From Myxococcales bacterium (GTDB lineage: Bacteria > Myxococcota_A > UBA9042 > JABWCM01 > BTVJ01): a DNA stretch of 41,573 nucleotides. This document shows, in pieces, positions 1 through 8,536 of this stretch. Position 1 is the stretch's first letter. The number at the start of each line of letters is the position of its first letter. A program made the translations under genes and the position numbers. Location of the stretch: contig BTVJ01000063.1 of the NCBI GenBank assembly GCA_045863395.1, positions 1 through 41,573 on the forward strand, read 5' to 3'. Under the pieces are notes generated by a model. That model saw only the letters and a list, made by a program, of their open reading frames with translations. It searched no databases and was not told the DNA's origin.

Positions 1-248
1 CGCGCAGGACGAGTACTGCTGCGACATCGCCTGGGACGACCTCTGCGTCGCCGAGGTCGACGGCTTCGGCTGCGGCACCTGCGGAGGAGGCACCCCGAGC
101 GACTGCTGCACGGAGTCGGCGACCCCCGGCTGCGCCGACCCCGCCATCGAGGCCTGCGTCTGCGCGCAGGACGAGTACTGCTGCGACATCGCCTGGGACG
201 ACCTCTGCGTCGCCGAGGTCGACGGCTTCGGCTGCGGCACCTGCGGAG
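1..248 (+). repeat. Intragenic direct repeat, 162-bp period; 1-86 identical to 163-248
   Basis: Base-by-base comparison; more diverged copies continue to about 570. Confidence 0.9.
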
Positions 249-574
249 TAGTCCCGCTCGGTGACTGCTGCGCCGAGTCCGCGACCCCGGGCTGCGAGGA
301 CGCGGCCGTCCAGGACTGCGTCTGCGCACAAGACGAGTACTGCTGCAGCATCGCGTGGGACGCCATCTGCGTGGAGGAGGTCACCACGGAGGGCTGCGGT
401 TCGTGCACCGCGGACCAGGGCGACTGCTGCTCCGCAACACCCGCCCCCGGATGTACGGACGCCGGCATCGAGGCCTGCGTCTGCGCGTTCGACCCCTTCT
501 GCTGCACCACAAGCTGGGACGACATCTGCGTCGCCGAGGTGCTCGCGCTCGTGTGCGGCGTGTGCGCCCCTTAG
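2..574 (+). CDS. C-terminal part of a Cys-rich repeat protein (5' truncated by window); tandem ~54-aa modules with 10 Cys each
   Basis: Frame from position 2 is open to TAG 572-574 and reads AQDEYCCDIAWDDLCVAEVDGFGCGTC...DCCTESATPGCADPAIEACVC..., giving three full modules plus one partial. Strong GC3 codon bias. Confidence 0.85.
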   Translation, partial: AQDEYCCDIAWDDLCVAEVDGFGCGTCGGGTPSDCCTESATPGCADPAIEACVCAQDEYCCDIAWDDLCVAEVDGFGCGTCGVVPLGDCCAESATPGCEDAAVQDCVCAQDEYCCSIAWDAICVEEVTTEGCGSCTADQGDCCSATPAPGCTDAGIEACVCAFDPFCCTTSWDDICVAEVLALVCGVCAP

Positions 575-1000
575 AGGATCATCCGCGAGTCACGGACAGT
601 CGCCCGCACGTCGGGCGCGCCTGCGCGGTTGCACGACGCGCGCGGTAGCGCGGACGGTGGCCGCGGTTTGGTGGGCGGGGGCGCTGCTCATGGTGTCGCG
701 AGACATGCCGTGCCTGGACATTGCGGGTCCCCACGACCCGCGTCGACCCACCGAAGGTGCATGGGGGGTGTGCACGCCCCGGACTGTCGGGGCCATCGGT
801 CTCGGGGTCCGAGAGTGGCACCGACCGGGGCCCTCAGAGGGTGCGATCAGCGAGGCACCGCGGCGCGCGCGGTCGCAGCCCGCTTGGTCGTATCGCTGGC
901 CTCCTGACGAGGGGGCCAGTACCCCGCTCAGGCGCCCCCCGCACTCGGAGGCCCGCTCCCAGCCGGGCGGGCCCGCGCTCGCGACGAGGCATCTTGAGCA

Positions 1001-4000
1001 TCAGTGGGACGCTCGCCGCTCACCGCGTCGGACCGCCCACCTCAACGCCAGCAGACACAGCAGCAGCGCGAGCCCCTCGAGCGCGCCCGGCAGCGCGCCC
1101 CGTGACTGGCGACAGGAGCAGCCGCCCTCGTCGCCAGCCGCTCCGGTCGGTCCTCCGGCGGTCCCGTCCCCCGCGATCCCATCGGCCGTCGGATCGCCCG
1201 CGCCGAGGTCTGCGGCAACGCTCCCATCGTCGGGCGCGGCGGCGTCACCGGCTGTGCCCGCATCGCCGCCGGCGTCCCCTGCTCCGGCCGCATCTCCCCC
1301 GCCGCTGCCGGCGTCCGCTCCGCCCGGCCCCTCGTCCACGGCGCCATCGCAGTCGTTGTCGATGCCATCCCCGGCGACCTCGGTAGCGTCCGGGTTCACC
1401 GCGCTGTCGCCGTCGTCGCAGTCGCCGCCCGTCGTGATCCAACCCTCCGGCGCCTCACATGCCTCGATGACGCCTGCGTCTCCGCCGTAGCCGTCGCCGT
1501 CGCTGTCCGGCCAGGCCATGGTCGATGTCACACCGGGGCCACAGCCGGAGGCGAGCCCGACCGGAGCGACGACCGTGAGAGTGATCACGTCGGCAAGGCT
1601 CGGGAGCGCGCCGTCGCTCGTGACGAGCTGGAAGCTCACGACGTCGCCCACCCCCAGGCCTCCGAGCTCGAAGGACGGCGTCGCCGTGTCTGCGCCCGTG
1701 AGCGCGACGGACGGCCCCTGCATCTGAGTCCAGGCGAAGGTGAGCGCGTCCCCATCAGGGTCGAAGCTGGCGCTGCCGTCGAGGACTGCGAGGGCCATGC
1801 TACCGGCCATCAGGAGACGGTCCGCCCCCGCGTCCGCCGTCGGGGCCTGGTTGGCCGTCGGGAGCGGCCCGAGAGACACGGTCCCCCACGTGGCCGGCAC
1901 GTCGTCGGCCGCCCCCTCGGGCCAAGCCTCGGCACCGCCGACCACCGAGAGGCCGACGACGTGGCCGAGACCGCCCAACAGGGCGTCGTCGATGCGCAGC
2001 TCTGCCGACCAGCCTGTGGGCCCTGTGGCGATGCTCGCGGCGCTGCCGGCCGCTGGCGAGAGGGTCGGGAGCAGGACGCCCCCCGGCGCGGCCTCCTGGA
2101 AGGGCACGTTGTCCGCGCCTACGAAGTAGCCCCGGTCCTGGACATCGACGGTCGGGTCCAGTGCGCCATCCGCCTCGATGCGGACCCCCGCGACGGCCCC
2201 GGGCCCACCCGCGAGGCCGTCGATGCACACGTACAGCGCCCCGCCACCGTGGGCGAGCCGCGCGACCGCGTCGCCAAGGACGACCGGAGCCCCGTCGTAG
2301 GCCACGTCGCCGCAGGTCCCGTCCAGCTCTGGCGCCGGGCCGTCCAGGACGACGACCGGCGTCACCTCGAAGCCGATCTCCGCGTTGCCCTGGTGGCCAT
2401 CCTCGTCCGTCGCCGTCGCCACGAGGGTGTACGCTCCTGGGGGGAGCCCACCCAACCCTGCGGCCGCCCCGACACCCGTGCGCGTAACGGAGCCCGACAG
2501 CGTCCAGTGGATTGACTCGGCGGGCAGGCCGCCGTCCTCCGCGTCGAACGCCACGATCACCGCCTCCGTGTCGCTGCCGAAGGGCACGCGCTGCCCGTCG
2601 GTCAGGCCGCCCAGCACCACCTCGGGGCCGCGCTCCGGCAGCGCGAACGGGGCCGAGACGGCGACGGCGGTGTTCACGCCGTCCGTGGCGAGCACCCGCA
2701 CGATGGCCTCGGGCCCCGGCAGGCGCCGCGCCGGCACCACGAGGCCAAACGCGTGCGTCTCGGCGACGAGCGGCACCCAGGTGTCGCCGCCGTCCCCCGA
2801 GAGCTGTGCCGTGAAGGTGAGCACGCCGTCCGGGTCCGCGTCGCCCGCGGCCCACACCACCGTCAGCACGTCGTGCAAGGCATCGTAGCTCGGAGGGAGG
2901 AGCGTGAGCGCAGGCGCATGCGCGCTCCGGAGGCGCTCGTCGACCACCGCGCCCTGCCGCAGGACCTGCACCCGCGCCGCGCCGTCCAGAAACGGCACGT
3001 ACTGGCTGACGGCGAGGGCGCTGTTCGTGTCGTCGTACAGCTCGCGCACCTGGAGCGGCGTCTCGCCGAGGGTCGCTCCATCCGCCCCGAGCAGACGCAG
3101 CGTGTAGGGGCTCTTCCCCGTGGCCCTCGCCGCGACGTCGAGCGACTCGGCGACGCGCTCGGACGGGGCGACGTCCGGGGGCAGCGCCCAGTAGGGGCGC
3201 ATCGCCGGGCCTTCCGTCGAGTGCACGGCGCCGCTGACCAGCAGCCACGCGGCCGGCCCCTCGGCGGGCGCGGCGGGCCACACCAGGGGCAGGAGCCCCG
3301 AGACCGTCCCCAGCGCGTCCAAGGCGTCGAAGAGCTTCCCGAGCGTGCTGTCCGACATCCACTGCTTGGCGCCGTAGGTCATGATGTCCCGCGCCATGGT
3401 CGGCGTGATCACCGTCCGGGTGACTGCGTCGAAGCCGTAGAACGCCTGCGGGTCCCCGGTCGGGCCGAGCTTGCACGGGTCGTAGGGGTAGGGCTCAAAG
3501 TTGCCGTCCTTGTCCGCAGGCGCGCCGCCGCACGGGATGTGCAAGAGCCCGTAGTTGTGCCCCGCCTCGTGGGTCACGGAGAGCCCGAGCTGCGGGCAGG
3601 CCCACATGGCGCCGTAGTCCGGGCACACCGTCGACATGCGGATGATCTGGGCGCGCGACCCGCCGAAGGCCGCGCCGAGGGGGAAGTTGCACTCGCCCGC
3701 GATCACCTTCGTGTTGATGGCGGGGTGCACCATCCCGACGTAGTGCGTGATCGGGCAGCCGGCGGGGTTGCCGAGCTGCTGCCACATCGTGTCGATGGCC
3801 ACGATGGCGTCGTAGGCGTGGCGCGGGCAGCAGGAGTTGGTCGCGTCCCAGAGCACGCCGCAGCAGTCTGCGGTCACGCAGTCGGGGTGGTCGATGACCG
3901 ACACGTCCGGCAGCGCCTGGACCGTCAGCTTCGCCGCGGGGAACATCGCCTCGACGCGGCGTGAGACCTCCGCCACGCCCGTCGACGGCTTCGCGGGGTC

Positions 4001-5674
4001 GAGCGCGAGCCCGTGCGCCGACAGGGAGACGAAGGTCATGCAGGGCGATGGCACGGCCTGGAAGAGCACGCTCGTCCCGACGGCGTTCGGGGCGCCGCCC
4101 GTCTCCGGGAGCTTGCCGTTGGGGTCGACGACCAGCTCCAGGTCGATGTCGTTCGCCTCCACCCAGAGAGGGGGAAGCTCGAAGAGGAAGCTGCGCCGCC
4201 GGTCCGGGCGCCGCACGGCCATGTCGGCGACCGTGTCGATGTTCGCCGGCTCGAGGGGGTGGAGCGGTGAGCCGAGCAGCACCTTGCCCTTGCGCTTCGC
4301 CGTCAGCGTCGCCTCGGGGTGCCACGTGCCCATGCCGGTCGTGTCCACGGTCGCGTGGGCGTAGCCGCGCACGAAGGTGCGCTTGCCGGCGACGAGCCGC
4401 ACGCTGTTGGCCAGGTCCTGCGTGGTCTGCACGACCTCGATGGAGTCGGCGGTGAGGTCGAGCTGGGCCGCGGGCGCGCCGGTCGGCAGGCGCATGATGG
4501 TCGTCCCCTCGGCCCAGAAGAGCCAGGCCCCGTCGCTGCGCACGTTCCACCCCTTGGGCCGCGACGCGAGGAGGGTCCACCCGGAAGGCGTGGCCGGCAA
4601 TGCGCTCCGCTTCACCTGGACGGTGTCGATCCAGCAGGTCAGGAAGCCCTCCGTCGAGCAGGAGTAGTGGCCCTCGATGATGTAGACGTTCGGCGCCGCC
4701 ACGTCCGGGTCGACCGCCACCGAGATGACGCGGTTCCGGGTGCCGGCCTGCGCGGTGTACAGGGTCTTCTTGGCGAGCGTGGTCAGGTCGATGCTCTCGA
4801 GGAGCCCCGGCGGCGACGTGGGCGACAGCTCCCCGACGGCGCGGGCTGCGTAGACCGTCGTGACCGGCCCCTGGAGCCCTGGCTCGGACCGGACCGCGAA
4901 GTCGAGGACGTCCGTCCGCACGCCCGTCGGCGACTTCGGCGGCGCGTCGAGGTCCACGCGGACGAGGAGCAGGACACCGTCCGCCGTCAGGACGAGCAGG
5001 TCCGAGACCACCACCGAGTCCTTCTGGTCGTAGTGGTTCGTGGCGACGACGCGCACCGGCGCCGGGCCCGCGGGCAGGTCGGCGTGCATCACCGGCGCGG
5101 CGCTCCCGTCGGCGGGGATCGAGCGGACCTGGAGCCCGCCGGACGCGCCACTCTGGGTCGCCCAGTACACGCGCCCGTTGGCGACGGTCAGCGCCACCGG
5201 GTCCCACGGCTTGGCGAGGGTCGGCGAGCCCCCGGGGAGCTCCTGCGCCGGGTCGGCGTCGGCGGCGTTGATCGCCTTGCGGACGAGCTTCCCCTTCGCG
5301 AAGAACCACGTATGGCTCCCGTCGCGTGCCGCGTTGGCCGTCTCGCCCTCGAGGGCGTTGCACGCGTCGACGACCGTGCGGTTGGCGCCGGTGATCAGCG
5401 TCCGCAGGCGGGCGGTGCCGTCCGAGGGGAACTCCCCCGAGCAGGTGGCGTACGAGTTCCACCACAGGAGCCCCTTGTCGTGGAGCTCGAAGCCGCTGAT
5501 CACGTCGAGGTCGCCGTCGGTGAGGAGCACCGTCGGGGCGGCAACGGCGGGTGAGGCAAGCAACAGCGCAAGGAGCGTGAGGGACCGCAGCGTGCGGGCG
5601 ACGGGGCCGGGGAGAGCGAGGGGACCAGAGGCGCGCGACCGGGATCGCGACCCCAAACTGACGCGGGAGTTCAT
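1001..5674 (-). CDS. Large secreted zinc metallopeptidase (metzincin, M66-like) with propeller-like N-terminus, PKD-like and MopE-type repeat domains and MYXO-CTERM-like anchor
   Basis: Start reassigned to ATG 5674 (GGAGG 6 nt upstream). Signal-like LTLLALLLASPAVA; HEAGHNYGLLH (HExxHxxGxxH) with Met-turn RDIMTY; NQAPTADAG (PKD-like); GDCDDGDSAVNPDATEVAGDGIDNDCDG; C-terminal GGCSC + hydrophobic helix + RR. Confidence 0.85.
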   Translation of the reverse strand: MNSRVSLGSRSRSRASGPLALPGPVARTLRSLTLLALLLASPAVAAPTVLLTDGDLDVISGFELHDKGLLWWNSYATCSGEFPSDGTARLRTLITGANRTVVDACNALEGETANAARDGSHTWFFAKGKLVRKAINAADADPAQELPGGSPTLAKPWDPVALTVANGRVYWATQSGASGGLQVRSIPADGSAAPVMHADLPAGPAPVRVVATNHYDQKDSVVVSDLLVLTADGVLLLVRVDLDAPPKSPTGVRTDVLDFAVRSEPGLQGPVTTVYAARAVGELSPTSPPGLLESIDLTTLAKKTLYTAQAGTRNRVISVAVDPDVAAPNVYIIEGHYSCSTEGFLTCWIDTVQVKRSALPATPSGWTLLASRPKGWNVRSDGAWLFWAEGTTIMRLPTGAPAAQLDLTADSIEVVQTTQDLANSVRLVAGKRTFVRGYAHATVDTTGMGTWHPEATLTAKRKGKVLLGSPLHPLEPANIDTVADMAVRRPDRRRSFLFELPPLWVEANDIDLELVVDPNGKLPETGGAPNAVGTSVLFQAVPSPCMTFVSLSAHGLALDPAKPSTGVAEVSRRVEAMFPAAKLTVQALPDVSVIDHPDCVTADCCGVLWDATNSCCPRHAYDAIVAIDTMWQQLGNPAGCPITHYVGMVHPAINTKVIAGECNFPLGAAFGGSRAQIIRMSTVCPDYGAMWACPQLGLSVTHEAGHNYGLLHIPCGGAPADKDGNFEPYPYDPCKLGPTGDPQAFYGFDAVTRTVITPTMARDIMTYGAKQWMSDSTLGKLFDALDALGTVSGLLPLVWPAAPAEGPAAWLLVSGAVHSTEGPAMRPYWALPPDVAPSERVAESLDVAARATGKSPYTLRLLGADGATLGETPLQVRELYDDTNSALAVSQYVPFLDGAARVQVLRQGAVVDERLRSAHAPALTLLPPSYDALHDVLTVVWAAGDADPDGVLTFTAQLSGDGGDTWVPLVAETHAFGLVVPARRLPGPEAIVRVLATDGVNTAVAVSAPFALPERGPEVVLGGLTDGQRVPFGSDTEAVIVAFDAEDGGLPAESIHWTLSGSVTRTGVGAAAGLGGLPPGAYTLVATATDEDGHQGNAEIGFEVTPVVVLDGPAPELDGTCGDVAYDGAPVVLGDAVARLAHGGGALYVCIDGLAGGPGAVAGVRIEADGALDPTVDVQDRGYFVGADNVPFQEAAPGGVLLPTLSPAAGSAASIATGPTGWSAELRIDDALLGGLGHVVGLSVVGGAEAWPEGAADDVPATWGTVSLGPLPTANQAPTADAGADRLLMAGSMALAVLDGSASFDPDGDALTFAWTQMQGPSVALTGADTATPSFELGGLGVGDVVSFQLVTSDGALPSLADVITLTVVAPVGLASGCGPGVTSTMAWPDSDGDGYGGDAGVIEACEAPEGWITTGGDCDDGDSAVNPDATEVAGDGIDNDCDGAVDEGPGGADAGSGGGDAAGAGDAGGDAGTAGDAAAPDDGSVAADLGAGDPTADGIAGDGTAGGPTGAAGDEGGCSCRQSRGALPGALEGLALLLCLLALRWAVRRGERRASH

Positions 5675-5801
5675 GGAGAGCCTCCAGTGACGGTGTACGG
5701 GACCCTGCGCTTGCCATGGAGAGTGCGGGCCGGAGCGGCCAGGTGTGTGACCTGCCGCTTGTGCGCTGCCAGGCTGGTCGGGGAAGCGGCAGGGGCGTCC
5801 G

Positions 5802-5816
5802 GCCAGAGTGGTGCCA
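5802..5816 (-). promoter_or_regulatory. Possible sigma-54 (-24/-12) promoter for the metallopeptidase gene
   Basis: Minus strand TGGCACCACTCTGGC fits TGGCAC-N5-TTGC with one mismatch (GG-N10-GC spacing), about 130 nt upstream of the ATG. Confidence 0.3.
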
Positions 5817-5927
5817 GGCTGGAGTTGCATCTCGACACCACTTCGGATGGCGCACAATCCATACAAGCGGGTCTAGATGTGCTCCCATTTCACCCTCGGG
5901 GTCAAGTGCGTGCCATGGGCAAGGACC

Positions 5928-5957
5928 TTGACAGCGATGCACATTTGGAGTTAGTAT
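5928..5957 (+). promoter_or_regulatory. Sigma-70 promoter for the tetR-glycosyltransferase pair
   Basis: TTGACA (5928-5933), N18, TAGTAT (5952-5957); ATG at 5965 lies 7 nt further on. Confidence 0.6.
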
Positions 5958-5964
5958 GATAAAC

Positions 5965-6573
5965 ATGAAATCGAGACCAAGGGAGTACCACCAGGTTGCG
6001 CGGGCCGCAGCCGCCCGAGAGACGCTCGAGGCGGCGCAGCGAGCGGCCGTCGCGCTGTGGCGTGAGCGGGACTTCGACGACGTGACGCTGGCCGACATCG
6101 CCGAGCGCGCCGGTGTGACGGTGCAGACGCTGCTGCGACGCTTCGGCTCGAAGCAGGGGCTGCTGGAGCGCTGCCTGGAGGAAGGCGCCTCCGACGTGCG
6201 GGAGCTGCGCGACCAGGCGCCGGTGGGGGACGTGCCCGGCGCGCTACGGACTCTGATGGCGCACTACGAGCGAGATGGGGACGCGGTCGTACGCACGCTC
6301 CGCCTGGAGGGGCGCTCGGAGGTCGCCGACCGCATCGTCGCCCACGGCCGACAAGAGCACCGGCGCTGGTGCGCGCGCGTCTTCGGGCCCTTCCTGCCCG
6401 CGGAGGGGCAGCCGGGCCACGACGCGCGCCTCGACGCCTTCGTCGCGGCCACCGACATCTACCTGTGGAAGCTGTGGCGCAGGGACCTCGGCTACGGTGA
6501 GGCGAGGACACTGGCCGCCTGGGAGGCGCTGCTCGGTGCGCTGGCGAGCGCCAGCCCCGATGGAGGACGATGA
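5965..6573 (+). CDS. TetR/AcrR family transcriptional regulator
   Basis: N-terminal HTH DFDDVTLADIAERAGVTVQTLLRRFGSKQGL. Start is ATG 5965 (leaderless) or ATG 5956 (GGAG upstream). Stop overlaps the next start (ATGA). Confidence 0.92.
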   Translation: MKSRPREYHQVARAAAARETLEAAQRAAVALWRERDFDDVTLADIAERAGVTVQTLLRRFGSKQGLLERCLEEGASDVRELRDQAPVGDVPGALRTLMAHYERDGDAVVRTLRLEGRSEVADRIVAHGRQEHRRWCARVFGPFLPAEGQPGHDARLDAFVAATDIYLWKLWRRDLGYGEARTLAAWEALLGALASASPDGGR

Positions 6574-7865
6574 TGACAGCCCCTGCGAAGTACCTCTTCG
6601 TGACCATGGAGGGCGGCGGCAACCTGCCGCCCGTCGCGGGCGCCGCCCGCCGCCTGCTCGCTCGCGGGCACGACGTGAGGATCCTCGGCGAGCCGTGCAT
6701 GCGGTCCGCCATCGAGCAGTGCGGCGCCCGGTTCGTGCCGTTCACGCGCCACTTCGTCCGCCAGTCCCGGAGCGAGGAGATCTTCTACGACTGGCAGGCG
6801 AGCTCCCCCCCAGCTGCCCTCAAGGGGACCCTCCAGCGCGTCGTGCTCGGACCGGCGGCTCACGTCGTCGCGGACGTTGGGGCCGTCCTCGATCAGGAGC
6901 CCGCCGACGCGCTGGTCATCGACTGGCTGCTGCCCGGGGCGATCATGATGGGCGAGGCCCGGCGGATCCCGACGGCCGTCCTGTTCCACTGCATCAGCAT
7001 GCTCCCGGCGCCGGGGCGCCCCGCCGGCCCGTTCGCCCCAGCGCGCGGTCCCCTCGGGCGCCTGCGGGACAGGCTGATGGGGGCGATGTTGGTGCGCCTC
7101 GCGGGGTCCTTCGGCGCCGAGTTCAACCGCGTGCGGCGCTCCCTGGGGCTCGGGCCGCTCACGAACCCCCTCGAGCAGTACCAGCGCGCTGACCGCTGCC
7201 TGTACCTCACGAGCGATGCGTTCGACTTCCCGGCCACCTCGGATGCCCCGAACGCGACCTATGTCGGGCCGGTCCTCGACGACCCGGACTGGGCGGGCGG
7301 CGGCTGGGAGAGCCCCTTCCACCGGGACGATGCCCGGCCCCTCGTGCTGCTCAGCCTCTCGAGCACGTTCCAGAACCAGCGGGCGCTGCTCCAGACGGCC
7401 ATCGACGCGCTCGGGCGGCTCGACGTGCGGGCGCTCGTCACCCTCGGGCCTGCGATGGCGGCCGAGACGTTCCGCAGCGCCGACAACGTCCGCCTCGTCC
7501 CGTCGGCACCCCACGCGGCGGTGCTGCCGCACGCGCGGGCCTTCGTCACCCACTGCGGCCATGGCTCCATCATGCGTGCCCTCGCAGCCGGTGTGCCGGT
7601 CGTCGCCCTGCCCATGGGGCGCGATCAGGACGCGAACGCCACCCGCCTGGTCGTGCGGGGCGCAGGCATCCGCCCGCGCAAGTCCGCCGCCGCCATCGCG
7701 GGCGCCGTCAGCCGCGTGCTGCAGGACGGGAGCTACCGTGTCGCAGCCACGTCCCTTGGCGAGCGCGTGCTCGAGGACGTGCGGCGCGACCGGCTCTCCG
7801 AGGAGCTGCTGGGGCTGGTCCGCAGCGCCCCCGCGCGCCGTTTCGCCTCGTCGGCAGGGGGCTGA
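6570..7865 (+). CDS. GT1 (MGT/UDP-glycosyltransferase-like) glycosyltransferase
   Basis: N-terminal GGGNLPP...LLARGHDV; C-terminal PSPG-like box APHAAVLPHARAFVTHCGHGSIMRALAAGVPVVALPMGRDQ; GGAGG RBS; coupled to tetR. Confidence 0.9.
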   Translation: MMTAPAKYLFVTMEGGGNLPPVAGAARRLLARGHDVRILGEPCMRSAIEQCGARFVPFTRHFVRQSRSEEIFYDWQASSPPAALKGTLQRVVLGPAAHVVADVGAVLDQEPADALVIDWLLPGAIMMGEARRIPTAVLFHCISMLPAPGRPAGPFAPARGPLGRLRDRLMGAMLVRLAGSFGAEFNRVRRSLGLGPLTNPLEQYQRADRCLYLTSDAFDFPATSDAPNATYVGPVLDDPDWAGGGWESPFHRDDARPLVLLSLSSTFQNQRALLQTAIDALGRLDVRALVTLGPAMAAETFRSADNVRLVPSAPHAAVLPHARAFVTHCGHGSIMRALAAGVPVVALPMGRDQDANATRLVVRGAGIRPRKSAAAIAGAVSRVLQDGSYRVAATSLGERVLEDVRRDRLSEELLGLVRSAPARRFASSAGG

Positions 7866-7907
7866 CTCAGGTCAGAACCTCCCGCCCCGGCTTCCCCCAG
7901 CGGCTCC

Positions 7908-8396
7908 CTACTCCCCGTCGACGCCGGCCCCTTCCGGCGGCTCGATCCCCGCAAGCAGCTTCCCCAGCAGGTCAGCCGCCGCCCGCAGCTCTTCCATCGT
8001 GAGCGCGGTCTCCATCAGTCGCGCGCCGAAGTTCACGGTCTTCGGGAAGAGCTCCGCGAACAACGCCTCGCCCGCCGGGGTCAGGGACGCGATGACCTCT
8101 CGGTCGGACTGATTCGATCGCTCTCGCCTCACGAGCCCCTTCGCCTCCATCACGCCGCACACCCGCGTGACGTTCGACGGGGTCGTGATCATGGCGTCGG
8201 CGAGCTCCTTCATACGAAGCCCCGCCGTGTTGCCGAGCGCTGAGAGCAGGTCGAACTCCACCATCGGGATGTCCAGCGCGTCGAAGTGCGGCTTGTGGAG
8301 CGCCCGAAGGACCGCGTTGGCTCGCATGATGCGCCGGAGGAGCTGGATGTGGGGCCACGTCTTCGGGGGGCCGGGGTACAGAAAGTCAGTGCTCAT
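7908..8396 (-). CDS. MarR family transcriptional regulator
   Basis: EFDLLSAL...LRMKELADAMITTPSNVTRVCGVMEAKGLVRRERSNQSDREVIASLTPAG winged-helix signature; 162 aa. Confidence 0.92.
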   Translation of the reverse strand: MSTDFLYPGPPKTWPHIQLLRRIMRANAVLRALHKPHFDALDIPMVEFDLLSALGNTAGLRMKELADAMITTPSNVTRVCGVMEAKGLVRRERSNQSDREVIASLTPAGEALFAELFPKTVNFGARLMETALTMEELRAAADLLGKLLAGIEPPEGAGVDGE

Positions 8397-8402
8397 GAGA
8401 TC

Positions 8403-8431
8403 ACTGTAGTGAAAAAAAAATCATGAATCAA
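8403..8431 (-). promoter_or_regulatory. Sigma-70 promoter of marR (leaderless), with a T9 run in the spacer and a palindrome over the -10
   Basis: Minus strand TTGATT-N17-TACAGT-N6-ATG; inverted repeat TCACT-GT-AGTGA at 8401-8412. Confidence 0.65.
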
Positions 8432-8479
8432 GATTTCAAAAAATAACACTTGACCAGCGAACACACAAGGCATAAATAT

Positions 8480-8500
8480 TTCATCTGTGAATCGTTCACA
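8480..8500. promoter_or_regulatory. Overlapping inverted repeats, candidate operator(s) upstream of the matrixin gene
   Basis: TTCA-TCTG-TGAA (8480-8491) and TGTGAA-TCG-TTCACA (8486-8500), just downstream of a TTGACC (8450-8455) -35-like hexamer in an AT-rich spacer. Confidence 0.45.
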
Positions 8501-8536
8501 ACCTGAGCAACCGGACACCAACTGCGAGGGATGACC

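Noticed and set aside
3495..6098. Long alternative ORFs (this one, plus 1800..3476, 20347..22995, 28731..31316, 31434..33242, 8546..10123 and others)
   Set aside because: Arg/Gly/Pro-rich off-frame or antisense shadows of real genes, expected from high-GC3 codon bias; no motifs.
8486..8500. CRP/FNR-type site
   Set aside because: TGTGA and TCACA are separated by 5 nt rather than 6; kept only as a generic palindrome.
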